Part shown: positions 62,911 through 64,000 of the stretch, piece after piece
How the letters are laid out: every line of letters begins with the position of its first letter
Position numbering within the stretch: the first letter of the stretch is position 1
NCBI GenBank assembly: GCA_011109175.1
Contig: RDEW01000005.1
Span: forward strand, 838,124-902,123
DNA: 64,000 nucleotides
DNA from: Dicyema japonicum
Lineage: Eukaryota > Animalia > Dicyemida
Reading direction: 5' to 3'
Notes under the pieces: generated by a model
The model's database searches: none
What the model saw: only the letters and a program-made list of their open reading frames with translations
Told to the model about the DNA's origin: nothing
Program-made: the position numbers and the translations under genes

Positions 62911-64000
62911 TAGAGAAGCCATAATGACACATTACTTAATATTTCGATAATATTAATGATTCATTTATTACACAATAATCTACGACAAAGATTTTTCTTT
63001 AATGGGCGTAATTCACCCATTGTCAAATCATGTGAGAATTAAATTATTGTGATAATTTACATTTTTATTCTAACAATCGAAATGATATGGAAAAATTCTT
63101 GTCATGTAAAATATGTGTAATTGTCAAATTTTAATCTATCAACAGTATTGGTAGATAACTGTGTCGTCATTCATTGAATATTCTAGATAAACACTCAATT
63201 TTTAAACTAACTTGATTTCATTAGCTTCATCAAAAATACAAAAAGCAGGCTGATGTACTTGCAACCCATGAGTTTTTAATGATATGGATTTATGCAGACT
63301 TTGGCCTTCGTGCAGTCAAATGGTTAATCGCAGCTACTAATACATTCAAATCACCCGATCGAGCGTCTGGAAAGCGAAAATTATTATAGTACATTCGTGG
63401 GGGAATACCTCCGTTAGTGATGTCTTTTAGTAAATGAAATCTGCATAAAATGTGCCATCGCTTTCAATTGGAAATGAACAACATCGGAAGGTTCATCAAT
63501 AACAGTTGGTTAACAATCCCTATATTTTAATATAATTACGATACAGAACTTAAAATTTAATCATATTATCTATAACAAATCTCATACTTTGGAATCAATT
63601 TTACTTCGTTGATATTTTAATAATAAAACTTTTTTTTTAATTTTAATAACTTATTATTTATAAAAAAAAAACAGTTAAAAATTACTAGAAATTCTTTTCA
63701 GTCAAGGCTGGCAGCTCTCAGAATTGAAAACTTATTTCCTATGACAACAAAAGTATTCTTCAATATGATTGCTCCATAACAGAAAAGTTTACCTGGCTAA
63801 TCGGGCGACTTGCAGGAATAAAGAAAGGACATCCTACAATGACAATTTACAATTAGCTTTTAATATTAACGTCACAGATGAAAAGAAATGTAAATTACAA
63901 CCAATTAGCTAAAAGCACCACATAGCGATGGAATCCTCAATAAATAAATAAAATTGAAAATAGTGATAGAAAAAAATTAATTATATTTATTATGTAAAAA
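62911..64000. repeat. Duplicated block X (copy 2)
   Basis: 62911-63711 matches 48626-49408; 63835-64000 matches 49470-49925 minus the 300-bp insertion. Confidence 0.9.

Overview
AT-rich eukaryotic nuclear DNA, most likely from a small-genome animal. A parasite such as a myxozoan, dicyemid or orthonectid is an inference from tiny introns plus RUFY, ZYG11 and Buster-hAT content, and is not proven. The left 38 kb holds compact genes with 21-27 nt GT-AG introns: two RUN-FYVE (RUFY) paralogs, EMC10, ING3, a RING-H2 gene, TAPT1, tRNA-Gly, XPR1 and an isochorismatase (ISOC). These sit among many decayed mobile elements: CRE-type RLE retrotransposon 3' halves, RTE/LINE endonuclease and RT remnants, hAT, Penelope-like and integrase remnants. 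The right 20 kb is a segmentally duplicated, decaying array of ZYG11/ZER1-like LRR-ARM genes with a tRNA-Asn and a LINE whose target-site duplication can be read against a paralogous empty site. The highlights are (1) a 1324-nt TAPT1 intron carrying a strand-biased, nad2-like mitochondrial-type insert, (2) ultra-short introns with almost no splice consensus whose 3n members usually contain in-frame stops, (3) the ZYG11-like expansion, and (4) insertions that can be resolved against empty sites. Many conserved genes carry single-base losses in short homopolymers, probably long-read consensus errors. All identifications come from manual translation and motif recall; no searches were run.
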